From Trypethelium eluteriae (lineage: Eukaryota), in assembly GCA_051942245.1 (NCBI GenBank), contig JAVECL010000021.1:62001-97613 (forward strand): a stretch of 35,613 nucleotides of DNA, read 5' to 3'. A program made the translations under genes and the position numbers. Below, piece after piece: positions 24,029 to 35,479 of this stretch; positions within the stretch are counted from its first letter, which is position 1, and each line of letters starts with the position of its first letter. The notes under the pieces were generated by a model, which saw nothing but the letters and a program-made list of their open reading frames with translations, did not search any database and was not told the origin of the DNA.

Positions 24029-24081
24029 CACTGAAGCGCGACGCCCGTTCAATAGTCAAGTCTAGCATCTTCTCCTGCACC

Positions 24082-26535
24082 ATGGACCAGAAACGAGGGC
24101 AACGCATCTCTGCAGAGCTTTTCGACATCTATCTAAACTATAAGCAAGACACAAAGGTCAGTCTTTCTTGTAGTACCCTTATGCATGGGGCTGGAGGACT
24201 GAGCAGCTACGTCTAGGCTATAATCGGTTGGCTTGTGGACCATGGCGCTTCTCGCCACGACTCGTCAAAGACACTGTCCATCAAAGAGCTATTTGCTCTC
24301 TCTGGAATAGTGCAAGAAAAGGCGATAAGAATGCCCGACATAATCCATTTCCACTTCCGGCAGGCGATCAAAGCTCGCACATACTTGAGTAGATGCTTCC
24401 GAAGAGATAGCCCGCAGGGCGCAAACGAACAGTCGACGTGCGACCATGAATTTTTTACGGAAAGGTAGGCATATTCTAGGGTAACAGATAAAATATTCGC
24501 GAACCACACTAACTATTGACAATCTTATAGCTTGGAAAAGATATACGCTGGCTTAAGCGAATATTGCGGCAAGCCCAAAGATCGGGACGACGACATATCA
24601 TGCTATGCCGTCTCGAGAGAAGCCGGAGACACGAAAGCCCTCAACCGCTTCTCTTCGCTCGCATTGGACGACATCGAGACTCAAGATCTCACGGAAGTGA
24701 CTAAGACTGACCTGCCGATTGAATCTAAGCCGAATGGTTCAGATAGTAAAACCACATTGGTAACACCAGTGCTCGCTGACGAGAGTTTGGACCAGTTCTT
24801 CGAGCTCTATAGAGAACTACAGGTACATATCCAGGTCAAATGTGAGGTTTGAAAAGCTGACGCTTTTTAGGAAATGCAAGGCCTCATTTCCGTAGTTATG
24901 GAAACATGGGAGCTGGCCGGCCAGCGAAAGCTCCCTTATTTTGTGGCTAATCTGGTGTCTCATACGGCTTTCGCTGAATTTGAGCGGGTTTCACATCGTC
25001 TAAAGACATCCTGCGAAATTGCAGACCCAGCAGTTCTAAGGAAAAGATTCACCCGAATGGGCGAACTGTCGTGTGAGGACAAGCAATATACGGAGTTACG
25101 AAGGACCGTCGAGGTCTTGAACAAGAGCTGGCAGCAGTTACTTTCCATGAAGAGTCACAACCCGATGGACTTATTTGAGCAAGTTACCTCTCGATCCGAT
25201 TCGCCGCAGATAATTCGAAAGGATGCTGAACTGGATGACGACTGTATGGCCAGTATGTTGAAAGATCTGGTTCGACAGATTTTTGATTCCAAAAGAGTAC
25301 GCACGAGTATTTACAGGGTGGGTTCACCAGTATGGGCAGACGTTGGTCTTTTCCTTGCCCATGGAAATGAGGAGGGCGATGGCTTCCGCTGTTCCTTCGG
25401 CCTTCAACTCCTGTTAAGATCCCTCAAGAGCTACGTATTCGCCGACGAGCCCTATATTGACGCAACCGCATGCCGCCTCCAAGCCTTACGCTTCGCTCAG
25501 GAAGCAATACCAAACATCCGTGCAGTCCTTGACGACCCCACAATGCCCTGTCGATGTCCCGACACTTTGGCATTCCATTTGGAAAAGCTTCAGACCGACC
25601 TTCGGGAATTCATGGGCACTAAAGTATTCGATATCTACTTCTCGTCCCCCTGGGTTACGGGTTCCCACATGATCGAAATTGCCGACGCGCTTTTCTATTA
25701 TGGCTTACGTCTGTTTAGCTACCGCAACTTCGTGGGGTCTCTATTACATGCTTATAATGCTCTAAGGTATTTCAATTCAATTGAGCCTATCCCATTGTTT
25801 GATAGCATCAGTGAAGCTTATGGTCCCCTCCTCTTCCCTGGAGCGCGGCCTTCTTCTGGGAGCTTCAAGTCTTGTTATATGCGGCACATGGGAGGTCGTC
25901 TAAGTTTTTGCTCCAGCAAACATGACTCGGGCTGTCATTCTATGATAATCCCACCTGCTACCGCCTGGGCCACTGCTGGCTTCGGATTGCCTAGAGGCAA
26001 TGAAGATCCCCGTTTTGACTCCAAAAAGACATCGCTCATCTTTTACTTAAAGGAACAGGACTACCTCCTCCAGGATGCTACATTGTCTCATATTGTCGAC
26101 GTCATTGGCAAGAAGAGCACCACAGCAGATGATCAAAGCTCGCACGAGAGCGCCAAGGCTCGCCCTTGCTCGCACCATGGTCGCACAACATTACCTTCTT
26201 GTCCACGACAAAAGCTCAAGGCCGTCCGCGAAGCGTTGTCTCGCGAGTTCAACCACCCCTTGTGCACCGCTCGGATCAACTTCTTCCAAGTCTATCTCGT
26301 ATGTGTGCGAATCATCTCGCGGATTACGGACGAATATCACGGCGAGGACACGAAGCCAGGACAGCGATGCATCTGCTTTGCCAATGATCTCATACTCGCC
26401 GCCGACAAGAGCCGAGGTACCGAGAAGAGGTTCAAGTATCATTGCCACAAGGGACTGGTTGATATATGCAAGACGGCAGTGGTGGAAGAAGTGGGGGATG
26501 CAAAGATAGAGGATTTCCTATGGAAGAAAATTTAG
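24082..26535 (+). CDS. DUF6604-type fungal protein of unknown function (759 aa)
   Basis: Exons 24082-24156, 24217-24464, 24531-24822, 24871-26535, all GT-AG and frame-consistent. The N-terminal pattern YLNYKQDTKAIIGWL..FRQAIKART..HEFFTESL..NRFSSLALDD matches what I recognise as the DUF6604 N-terminus. Confidence 0.85.
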
Positions 26536-26725
26536 GGGTTTACACGTGGGATGCGAGACGGCAGTGATGGAAGAAGTGAGGGATGCAAAGATAGAGCGGC
26601 TCTTGTGGAAGGAGATTTTACACAACAGGATGCGAGACGACAGTGGTGGAAGAAATGAGGGGTGCAGAGATAGTGGAGTTCTCGTGGAAGCGGATTTAGA
26701 GGTTTACACAACAGGATGCAAGACA
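26466..26725 (+). repeat. Degenerate tandem repeat, ~3.1 copies of a 79-86 bp unit spanning the DUF6604 stop codon
   Basis: Units start at 26466, 26551, 26630 and 26716 (ATGC(A/G)AGAC...GGAAGAA...TGCA.AGATAG...TGGAAG...TTTACAC). Confidence 0.93.
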
Positions 26726-26805
26726 ATTGATGCGACACAGAAACCATGTTCAGACGTCTGACGATGAAATTCGAACAAGACGTAGTCTAACTACCTAAGT
26801 AGAGA

Positions 26806-29322
26806 TCAAGCTACGGTCTCATGACCTTTCACTGCCTCTTCTACCGTTGGTTTAGTGGCTGGGTCTTTAATGTCTATCTCACCACTGTCCTTCTCTCCGT
26901 GAGGGCCTTCAACCGCGCTGTCCTGCCGAGTGTCCTTGTCTGCTGCGGTATCAGATGACTTCACTAAGTTATGCTCCTCCAGTATCTTTTCTACGTATAT
27001 CTTCAGCTGTTGAAGCTTGTTGACCATTCCACTGTCTGAACGCTCTTCCCCTTTCGTCGCCTCTTCTTTCTTAGCTGCCTCCACTTTCTTGTCCTCTTCC
27101 TTCCCTTCTCTCCTCACTTTCTCCAACCACAACGGATCCAATGCCTCGGTATTCAAGTATGGGCTTTTGTCCATATCCAGCGTCCACTCCATCGTCCATC
27201 CCATGCCAAGCGCGGCCCAGGGATTCTTGTATATGTACGAGATGTGGAAGTCTTCCCAACGCGGCCTGGACATGATCTGATTGAAATGGAGTGTAGCGCC
27301 AGGCCAGACGGCATTGACACGGCCGGTGTCGTTGTTCTTATACCACGAACGGCAGGAGTCTTTCCAGACGGTATGTGTAATCCATTCCTGTGTTCAAAGT
27401 CAATCAAGGCCCAGATTAAGTGGCAACAATTGAGTGGTTAAGGTTGAGGAATGGCAGGAAGATGGGTGCATGAGAAAATCAGAAATCCAACGAACCTGAG
27501 TATGGTCATTGAACTGATCCGTAATGTCCTGCCTCGGAGCCCACGCCTTTACTCCATCCCTTTGCATCTTCCTCAGCCACTCCAGCACATATCCGCTCAC
27601 CGCCACCAAACCTCCCATCACGCTTCCGTTCTCCACAGGAAACGTTGGTCCCAGCATCTGAACCATATTCGGAAATCCTGGCACACACACACTAAGATAA
27701 CTCTCCGGCACATCTTTCCACTTCTCCGCCAAATCCACGCCATCCCTCCCGACTATTGGGAATCGAGGCCGATAGGTCGTATCAAACCCGGTCGCACAAA
27801 CAATCGTATCGACCTCCCTCTCTATGCCATCCCCACCGACGATACCCTTCTCCGTCGCCTTCGCCGCCGGCGTGAAATGGACATCGACATTCTCCTTCTG
27901 CACCGCCGCCATATATGGATCGCCCGGCGTGATCCTCCGACAACCGAGCCCGAAGTTCGGGTTGAAGCCCTCGAGGAGGCGCGGGTCCTTGAGATGCTCG
28001 GCGGTGCGGGCGCGCATCTTCTCCTGCTCCTGGGCCTGCGCCCTGGTGTCGCTGTAGAAGGAGCCCCAGAAGCCATTGACGACGTCCTCGATGGCTTTGG
28101 CGGCGGCGACGAGGTCGTCGGGCGAGTGTCGGAAATGCGATTTTTCGGCGGCGCTGTAAACCCGGTCGTGGCTGCCGCCGCCGCCGCCGATGAAGTCGAT
28201 GAACCAGACGCCTGGATCGAGAGGAAATTAGAATGCGTTTGTGGGTTGGAGAGATGGCGCGGGAAGGAGGGGGAAAGAAGGCGGTTTGTGTCTGAGCTCA
28301 CCTGTACGAATGAAAACGTCCATGTGCTTGACGAAGGGTTGCATAGTAGGGACTGTCTGAATGGAAGACGCGCCGGATCCAATGACAGCAACACGGTCTT
28401 TTTTCCACTGCTCTGCTTGGTAATCTGCTGGCCAGTGGGCTGTGTGTACAAGCTTCACTTGAGTATTAGTGTCTGATCGATCAATGGCGCTGGAGTTGAA
28501 AGTAGAAACTTACTCTGCCTTTGAAGGATTCTATGCCTTCAACCTTTTTCGCTTGTTAGAAGTAGCACCCAAAGGTTAGACTGGTACACATACCTGAGGC
28601 CATTTGAAGCTGTTTAGAAGCTATGAGGAGGTCAGTCAAGCTCCAGTATAAGACTTCAGGGACGGGAGATACCCCAGCAGCGTGCAACAAGACGTCGCAC
28701 TCGTCCTCTCTTTGTTCTCCCGTCACTGTATCTCGCAGCTTGACCTTCCATTTCCCTTTCTCTTCTTGCCAATAGCAACCCGTCACTTCAGCATTAAATG
28801 TCATATACTTCCGCAATCCAAACGTATCGACCACTCTTTTAAGGTACTCCAAGATCTCTGGCGCATGGGAAAACCACCGCGTCCAATCGGGCTAGTGAGC
28901 AGTCAATTCCCTCGAGCTCTTATTTGCAAGATACTTCAAGACGGCTTACATTCAGGGCAAATGGAAAAGCATAGGCATGACTGGGGATATCACAAGCACA
29001 CCCCGGGTATCGATTCTCAATCCATGTCCCTCCGACCTCGGCGTTCTTCTCGTAAATGACGTGCTCGATATTCTGTAACTCTTTCTGAATCTTGTAGGCG
29101 AGAAGTATTCCAGACACACCGGCACCAATAGTAAGGACGCGGATTTTGCGGTTATTCGGGTTCTGTTCATTACATGAGCATGTAATCACACCATGAAAAT
29201 TAGGAGAGAAAGGCAAAGTTTACATCATAGATTATATCTGGGATATCGTAGCCGGAAGAGCCGGGAGGGCCATAGACAAACTTCCCATCTTCCGAAAAAC
29301 CGGGAGCTTCACGAACGTGCAT
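26806..29322 (-). CDS. FAD/NADPH-dependent flavin monooxygenase, Baeyer-Villiger monooxygenase (class B) type (678 aa)
   Basis: Exons 29322-29224, 29162-28950, 28891-28673, 28620-28594, 28543-28514, 28452-28302, 28211-27496, 27387-26806. First Rossmann motif [29 protein letters not shown]; fingerprint [12 protein letters not shown] (FxGxxxHxxxWP); second Rossmann [18 protein letters not shown]; and CRSWYKN..VNAVWPG. Confidence 0.93.
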
Positions 29323-30844
29323 GGTGTAGCCAACGATACAAACCGTTGCAGGTCTTGCTTGGAGAAACGGGTTTCGGAGAAGAGGAATACGAGAGGAACT
29401 TAAAGCAGCTTGATTTTAAAATGGGAGAAGAATTCAACTTATTCTCACGGATGGAGAGCTACCTTTAGCGATTGATCACACCGACGGTGAATCCTCGTGC
29501 GAACTTCGTCTATATTTCCCCAGCTTTTCAGAAAGGATTGCCGAGCTTGCCCGAGATATGCACAAGCACCCAGGAGGGAGGCCTTGAAGTGGAGATCCCT
29601 TCTTCGATAAGCAGATCCACCCAACGGCAATGCTGGCCGTTATCTAATAGTACGGATACGGGATCAGTCAGGCCCACAGATCTGGGATTGGAAACAATGG
29701 CGATGTTGTCACGTAGCGCACTCTTGTTCCTTGCAGGAGTCGACCAACGTGCACACCATGTGCATCCAAATGTGGAGGGATCAGCCTGTTGAGATCGATC
29801 GGCTGCTCTATGAAATCATCAAATGGTAGACTGTTGAAAAAAAGAAAAGAAAGAAAGACGTCTGCAGCAGGATGAGAAACGGACTACCCAAAACGACAAT
29901 TCGTGGGGATGCAAAACTCGAGCCGATGAAAACAATGGGCTAGTCTTGGTTTGACTGATTAAAGCAGTGTCCCGCGCTTACCTCCAAGGTATGGCTCCGG
30001 TGATGGAAATGGTGCAAACGGTGGAGGCTTGACTGATGCCTAGACACACGTACCAGCGCCTTTTGATTTACGATGTGCCGACGAGGTCCCTATCGTGTGG
30101 GTAATTGGCGAATTGGTGAGCTATCAAAGAGCCAGGTAGGTATGCAGCAAGTCTGGGAAGTGCATTAGCGCGCTCTCATAGAAAAAAGTCCTCAAGCTCT
30201 GCCTGACGAGGGCAAGCTCCCAGATCCTACGAATTTTTAGGTGTAGTAACTCCCTCCAAATCCTGGAGTAGATGTCTTGACTAGGCTTAAACGCCTCCAC
30301 TGAAGGAAGCGGGGACGTTGGAGGGGGGAAGTTCCTGTACGAACTTATAGTTGCACCGTTGGCCGGCCCACTTAGTCGAACTCTCCTGCGGTCCGGCCCA
30401 TCAGAGACCGTTTACCCATCCCAAGCCATGCACGTCAGATATAGAATCTGAGCAGAGGCGGTGAGCATAAGCTGCGTCTGCAAGCCAGCAGCTCTACACG
30501 AAGAGGGATTCAAGCAGAAGTGACAGATGGATGGCAGTCAGGAAAGTATTGTGTGCGAGTCATGAGACTTGTTGAGGGACAGGAGAAATCACCCTTTCAA
30601 GCCAATTTACACGCCACTGTAATTTACTCTAGGATCCTTTCGAGGGCCTGGGATAAAGTGGAAGAGCTTTATCTCGGCGTGACAACACAAGGTCCACGAA
30701 CATCATCAGAACAGCAGAGTCTCGTCAGAACGCATGAACGAGAACAGGCAGGAACTGAATAAAATTCCACCATCATCTTACATACTGTGATGTCTTCTCC
30801 ATGACTACATCCCACCTCATAAACAACATTCCTTTGTGCGATCC

Positions 30845-30859
30845 AAAAAAAAAAAAAAA
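30845..30859 (+). repeat. Poly(A) run (A15), i.e. poly(U) in the likely 3' UTR of the GH76 gene
   Basis: atcc-A15-gcc, ~110 bp past the GH76 stop codon. Confidence 0.85.
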
Positions 30860-30971
30860 GCCTGGAGAACGCCAGCGGCAACCAAACCAAGCGCTGGACC
30901 TTACAAGTGCCAGCTATAATGCCAAAAGAATTATACAGCTGTGCCGCAGGGAAATCCCGCAAATCCGCCCA

Positions 30972-32439
30972 TTAAGCAACCATCCACCAAGCCCCACCCA
31001 AAATGCCGATTAGAATAAGTGCAGTTAGGAATCCTGCGCCCGCCTTTTCACCTGTAGTGACCGGCTTGGTCGCCAAGGGATTGCTCGGGTTGTTGTTCTG
31101 ACCTGAGCCAGCGCTGGGGTCACCAACACTGGTACCACCAGTCTTATTAGTGACGGGACCCCCGACCCGGTCGATTAATCTTGCACCGATGACCTCCATG
31201 GCGGCCATCTGCTGTCCAACACCGGTCAAGCCATCGTACGTGGAACCCTTGGTCCATTGCAGACCGCAGGCATTGTTAGGGCCGGAGCACTGCTGAGCGG
31301 CGGCTTCAGAGGAAGCTTGAAGCTTAGGCTGAAGCATGCTCTCAGTCCAGGGAGCAACTTTGATGGTCGCCGCCATCCACCGTGAGACATATGCTTTGAA
31401 CGATTGCTGATCCACGTCGCAGGTACCTTGGGGTTCGCAAGCAACTTCGTACATGACATTGGCAGGAGTGGTGGTGAAGAACACATCCAAGCCATTGATG
31501 ATACCATTCGTGCGGTCCTTCCATACCTGGTCACTTGTCTGTTGATGCATCAGTAGGGCTATAAATGAGAAGGAGGGAGCGCGCGTACGATGTTCCACAT
31601 GACAGCAGCACCCAAGAGATAGACAGCGGCATTGTAAGTCCATTGGATGTGATTAAACGAAGTGCAGTTCTGAGTATCGTCCGTCCCGTCCCAAACAACG
31701 TATTGGGGAGTTATGAGACCAACCCCGTTGACCCAGTCCCATGTTTTTTCAGCCCACTGAGCATAGGTTTGGTTCCCAGTGTATGCAGCTAGACGCGCGG
31801 CCAGTTGGAAGAAGCAACCATTAGAAATCGAGTTTTTGTAGTTGAAGCCGTTGTTGAAGGTGAAAATCTGCCAACGTAGACCGCCACCGCATGTCTGAGG
31901 GTCCCATCGCCCCGCTTGGGTATTGAAGACGGCCTGAGCCAAAGCAAGCCACTGTGGTTGGCCTGCGGGAGGGTCCGGAAATTTGTATTCGGCAGCCGAC
32001 ATTACTGCAAAGCCCCAAAAAGCTTGGTCGTCGTTACCTTCGGTTTTGGTCTGATTAGGAGGCATGTAATCGTTATCCGGTCCAACTTGGCTGAGCAAGC
32101 CTTGCGTTGTGACGGGGATGTACGACTCATCACCAGTGTAGTACCAGTAATCAATCAGTGAGCCAAACATACCACCGGCTTCCCACCAGTAGTATGGACT
32201 CGGTAAATTACCAGGTGTATCTCCAGTGTTGTTTCCCGTATAGTATTTCATCATTCCATACGTTATTTCGCTGCACGCTTGAATGATTGACTCTGCAATG
32301 GAATTTAGCATCATCCTGATTACCTGTGGTTCGTATAGCCCTTACGTGTGGAAGTGAAGTCAACCTGAATAGCATTGACTGAGCTGCCGCCTAGTAAAAG
32401 GGCGCTCACAGCGCTGTATCCTAAGTGTGAGGCTTTCAT
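30972..32439 (-). CDS. DFG5: GPI-anchored glycoside hydrolase family 76 (mannan endo-1,6-alpha-mannosidase, Dfg5/Dcw1 family; 454 aa)
   Basis: Exons 32439-32346, 32292-31589, 31538-30972. Signal peptide [23 protein letters not shown]; motifs [12 protein letters not shown], catalytic [28 protein letters not shown] and DQQSFKAY; C-terminal hydrophobic GPI signal [29 protein letters not shown]5 versus DCW1 cannot be resolved by eye. Confidence 0.95.
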
Positions 32440-33927
32440 GATGAATGTTCAATCCCCGCGATCCGAGTTCAATAGGAGCTGGATGGCCGAATACCCGCAA
32501 ACCAACAAACGCGCAACAAAGACTCAACGCTCAGCGCCGAGATTGTATGTAATTTTTCCCTGATAGCTAGAGTCTAAACGCTCTAGTTGCGCAGAACTCA
32601 GGAGTCAAGTGCTTCGCCGTGAGGATCGGTGTCAGATATTAGCCAGGGAGAAGGGTTCAAAGCGAGCGGCGGCCCGGGTGCGACCGGTAGTCCCAGGGCA
32701 AGGTCGTCGAGGATAGCCGTGAAAGATGTCGAAAGCGTTCACCGACCAGGAACGAATGTCATTCAGTCAGTGAATAAGCCGGGAAAGTTGGACAGGTGAT
32801 TGTTGTGGAAGAGGTTGACGGGTGCGGCGGGAGTCAAGTTGCGGGTCGCCCCTGGAAACTCGTAAAGTCTGGGGGCGCATTGAACGGACCAATGAAGGAG
32901 CGTAGCTGAGCTCGGCCGCCTTTGCACCTGTTACCCGGCAAGACCTGGCTGGAGAGCTGGAGACCAGTCGTCATAGACCCGAATCTCATCGTTCTCATGA
33001 CATCCATAGCTCCAGACAGGTCAGCTTTCTGTAGTCTCGGCCAAGTTGTAGTGGAGCAATCGCTGAGACTTTCTCTGTGCTACGCTGGAGTCACAGTGAA
33101 GCAAAATTAATGGCTGATGATTAGGTACCCCTCTGTGCACTCCAGCGGATTGGGATCATCCTACCTCCATCTTTAGGGCCGCTACTTTTGGAATCGCGCG
33201 ACCGAGCAGCTCTTCCCAAACAAACAAGTAACTACGTACTGCTATGTCCTAGATGGTTTTCTTACGAGACACGTTTGTGCTTTGTCTATTCCTACCGGGA
33301 ACGTTGGCTGGTGCCAAGACTGCCAAACGAGATCAGAGTCGCATCAAAAACACGAGGCTTCTTAGCCTCATCGTAGACCTTCCATAAGTCTGACCAAGTT
33401 AGAAGCCAAGACTTTAGGCCTTTCAATCTCCCAGTCTGCCAACGGAGGTACTTGGAGCCGCTGACGAAAACATTATGGCTGTGTCCAGTATACCCGGCAG
33501 ACCGGCCTATGAGGCAAAAGTTCTCCGTCGTAACCCAATGGTGCAATGATTGCCACCCTCATCACGTGAAAGTTGTGGCTGGAGTGAAAGGAATCAATCC
33601 ACCAAATTACTCTGCCAACGTCAAATCTTACACTCTGATTATCCCAATATCCTCTTCCAATCTCATCCGCCTTCAGTATTTGGCAAGTAATTGTTGTGGC
33701 TGAGCTCAAGTCGAGGCAGTCTGCGAGGAAATTGTCAGCCAGCCTCTAAACCAGCCCTGTTACGAAGTCCGTTTCCATTCGACTTGCGACACAACCGAGA
33801 CCTCAACTCAACACCCCGACCTCATCTTTCACCATCAACTTCTCCACTAAATCTGCAAACCCACCTCCAGCAATCCTTTTGAACTTCGCATAACTTCTCG
33901 AATCACCACATAGACAGAACAATCGCG

Positions 33928-34744
33928 ATGGCTGACCGTGAGCAACCCTACGATCCCTACATTCCTTCCGGTCAGAACGCTGGCCGAAGCCAAGGACAAG
34001 GCCAGGATGGCAACCACCGGACGGCAGCACTTCAAGCCGTAAGTCGCTCTCAACATCCAAGGATGGCTGTAGAGGACATGCCAAGTGTATATTCAACGAT
34101 CATCGATGGCCGCCGTCTCCAATGAACATCGAGCGTTGCGCCTAAACCGATAAGCTCCGTCGCCGCAGGAAAGCGCCGAAGGCGTCAACTTCATATGTCA
34201 ATCTCAAATTTCGAGGCATGCGACTGCTTTGATGTCTCAACGGCGTCCTTCAAAGCAGCGTCGTGGCCAACAACGTTAAGATAGACAGCTGGATTCACTG
34301 GCCTCAATCGCGGAGATCGGTTTACCAAATGCAATTATCGATGATCCGGCGCGTGTCCTCTACAGTGGCGTCCTTCAAGATTAAAGCACCCTGATAATTA
34401 TGCAACTGCTGACTGATATATGTTTCTCTAGGAAATCGACAGCACAGTTGGCATCATGCGCGACAACATCAATAAAGTCTCCGAGCGCGGCGCCCGCCTT
34501 GACTCCCTTCAAGACAAGACTGATAACCTCGCCGTCTCTGCCCAGGGCTTCCGCAGAGGCGCCAACCGTGTCAGAAAACAGATGTGGTGGAAAGACATGA
34601 AGATGCGCATGTGCCTCATTGTCGGTATTATCATCTTGCTCGTCGTCATCATCGTCCCGTCTGGTACGTTCAAAATGCCATGCTTGATGTGATATGGGAC
34701 GGGACTAATTTTACACTCTAGTCATCGCAACAAAGCATCACTAA
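33928..34744 (+). CDS. SNC1: Synaptobrevin / v-SNARE (Snc1/Snc2/SynA orthologue; 121 aa)
   Basis: Exons 33928-34038, 34432-34663, 34722-34744. Sequence [80 protein letters not shown], then [27 protein letters not shown]. Confidence 0.97.
34059..34375 (+). other. Candidate structured RNA element filling synaptobrevin intron 1 (intron 34039-34431)
   Basis: Nested complementary segments: 34059-65/34369-75, 34066-81/34351-66, 34098-109/34335-46, 34136-40/34330-34, 34143-51/34316-24, 34155-60/34310-15, 34213-17/34301-05, 34224-32/34250-58, plus a hairpin at 34173-85. Confidence 0.75.
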
Positions 34745-35479
34745 GTGCACATACGCGCTGTGGGGAAAGGAATGGGGACGGATAGTTTTTGGGCGATAGA
34801 AAGAAATGAGAGCAGGAGGTCTGAAGGAGCTGGATGTCTTTGCTCCTCCCCTAGTTCAATAACCCGTCCTGTGTACACAAAGCATCGCGAATGCGTGGTG
34901 GCTGCTACCTTTACGCCGGGCGAAAATGGAGCATATGGGTGTTTTCCATCTCATTCACCACCGATTCAAGGAGTGTAGCAGTAAGCTTTTGTATCTATCA
35001 TATACCTCTAATGATTGCATTCATGGTACCGGGGTGAGCTTGCTTGTCCAAAGAGGAGTAAAGTCGTCTAAGTTTGCGCTCTATTCCTTTACTTCCAGTG
35101 TCCTCTACAGCATCCTCTTACAATCGAAATTTACCTTCCTTACCAATATCGAAGATATTCAAGGCTTCTTACACGTCCATGAGCAAGCCCAGACTGCGCT
35201 TCCAAATACATGGTAGCCCTGAAATTCCAAGGCTTCGTTCTCGGTGAGTCTGCTTCTGCTCCCAGATAAAAGCCGCCCTAGGCAATGTCAAGACACTGCT
35301 CACAACACACGTGCGCCTGCGAGAGCCTCTTGCGCTGAGCTGACTACATTGAGGGTCAGCAAACTCAGAGTGCCCATCAGCTACTCCTTCAGGTCCGATG
35401 CTCGCATGGAAGGCTGTCCATGACCATATGCTCTCCACTTTTATCCAGTATATCCCGCCTCATTATGCTAGGAATCATT

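Noticed and set aside
26466..26725. CRISPR-like or mobile-element interpretation of the ~85-bp repeats
   Set aside because: Units are contiguous degenerate copies of the gene's own 3' end with no unique spacers; the context is eukaryotic and there are no cas genes.
27451..28476. 341-aa + strand ORF
   Set aside because: Antisense shadow of the GC-rich monooxygenase exons; no recognisable domain.
21553..29322. Secondary-metabolite gene cluster (transcription factor + unknown protein + monooxygenase)
   Set aside because: No backbone synthase, transporter or further tailoring genes; the flanks are housekeeping-type genes.
34664..34692. Intron-2 retention giving synaptobrevin a C-terminus ..GTFKMPCLM (prenylation signal?)
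   Set aside because: Cys is third from the end, so it is not CaaX; it would also lie on the lumenal side of the TM helix, and the intron has strong canonical signals.
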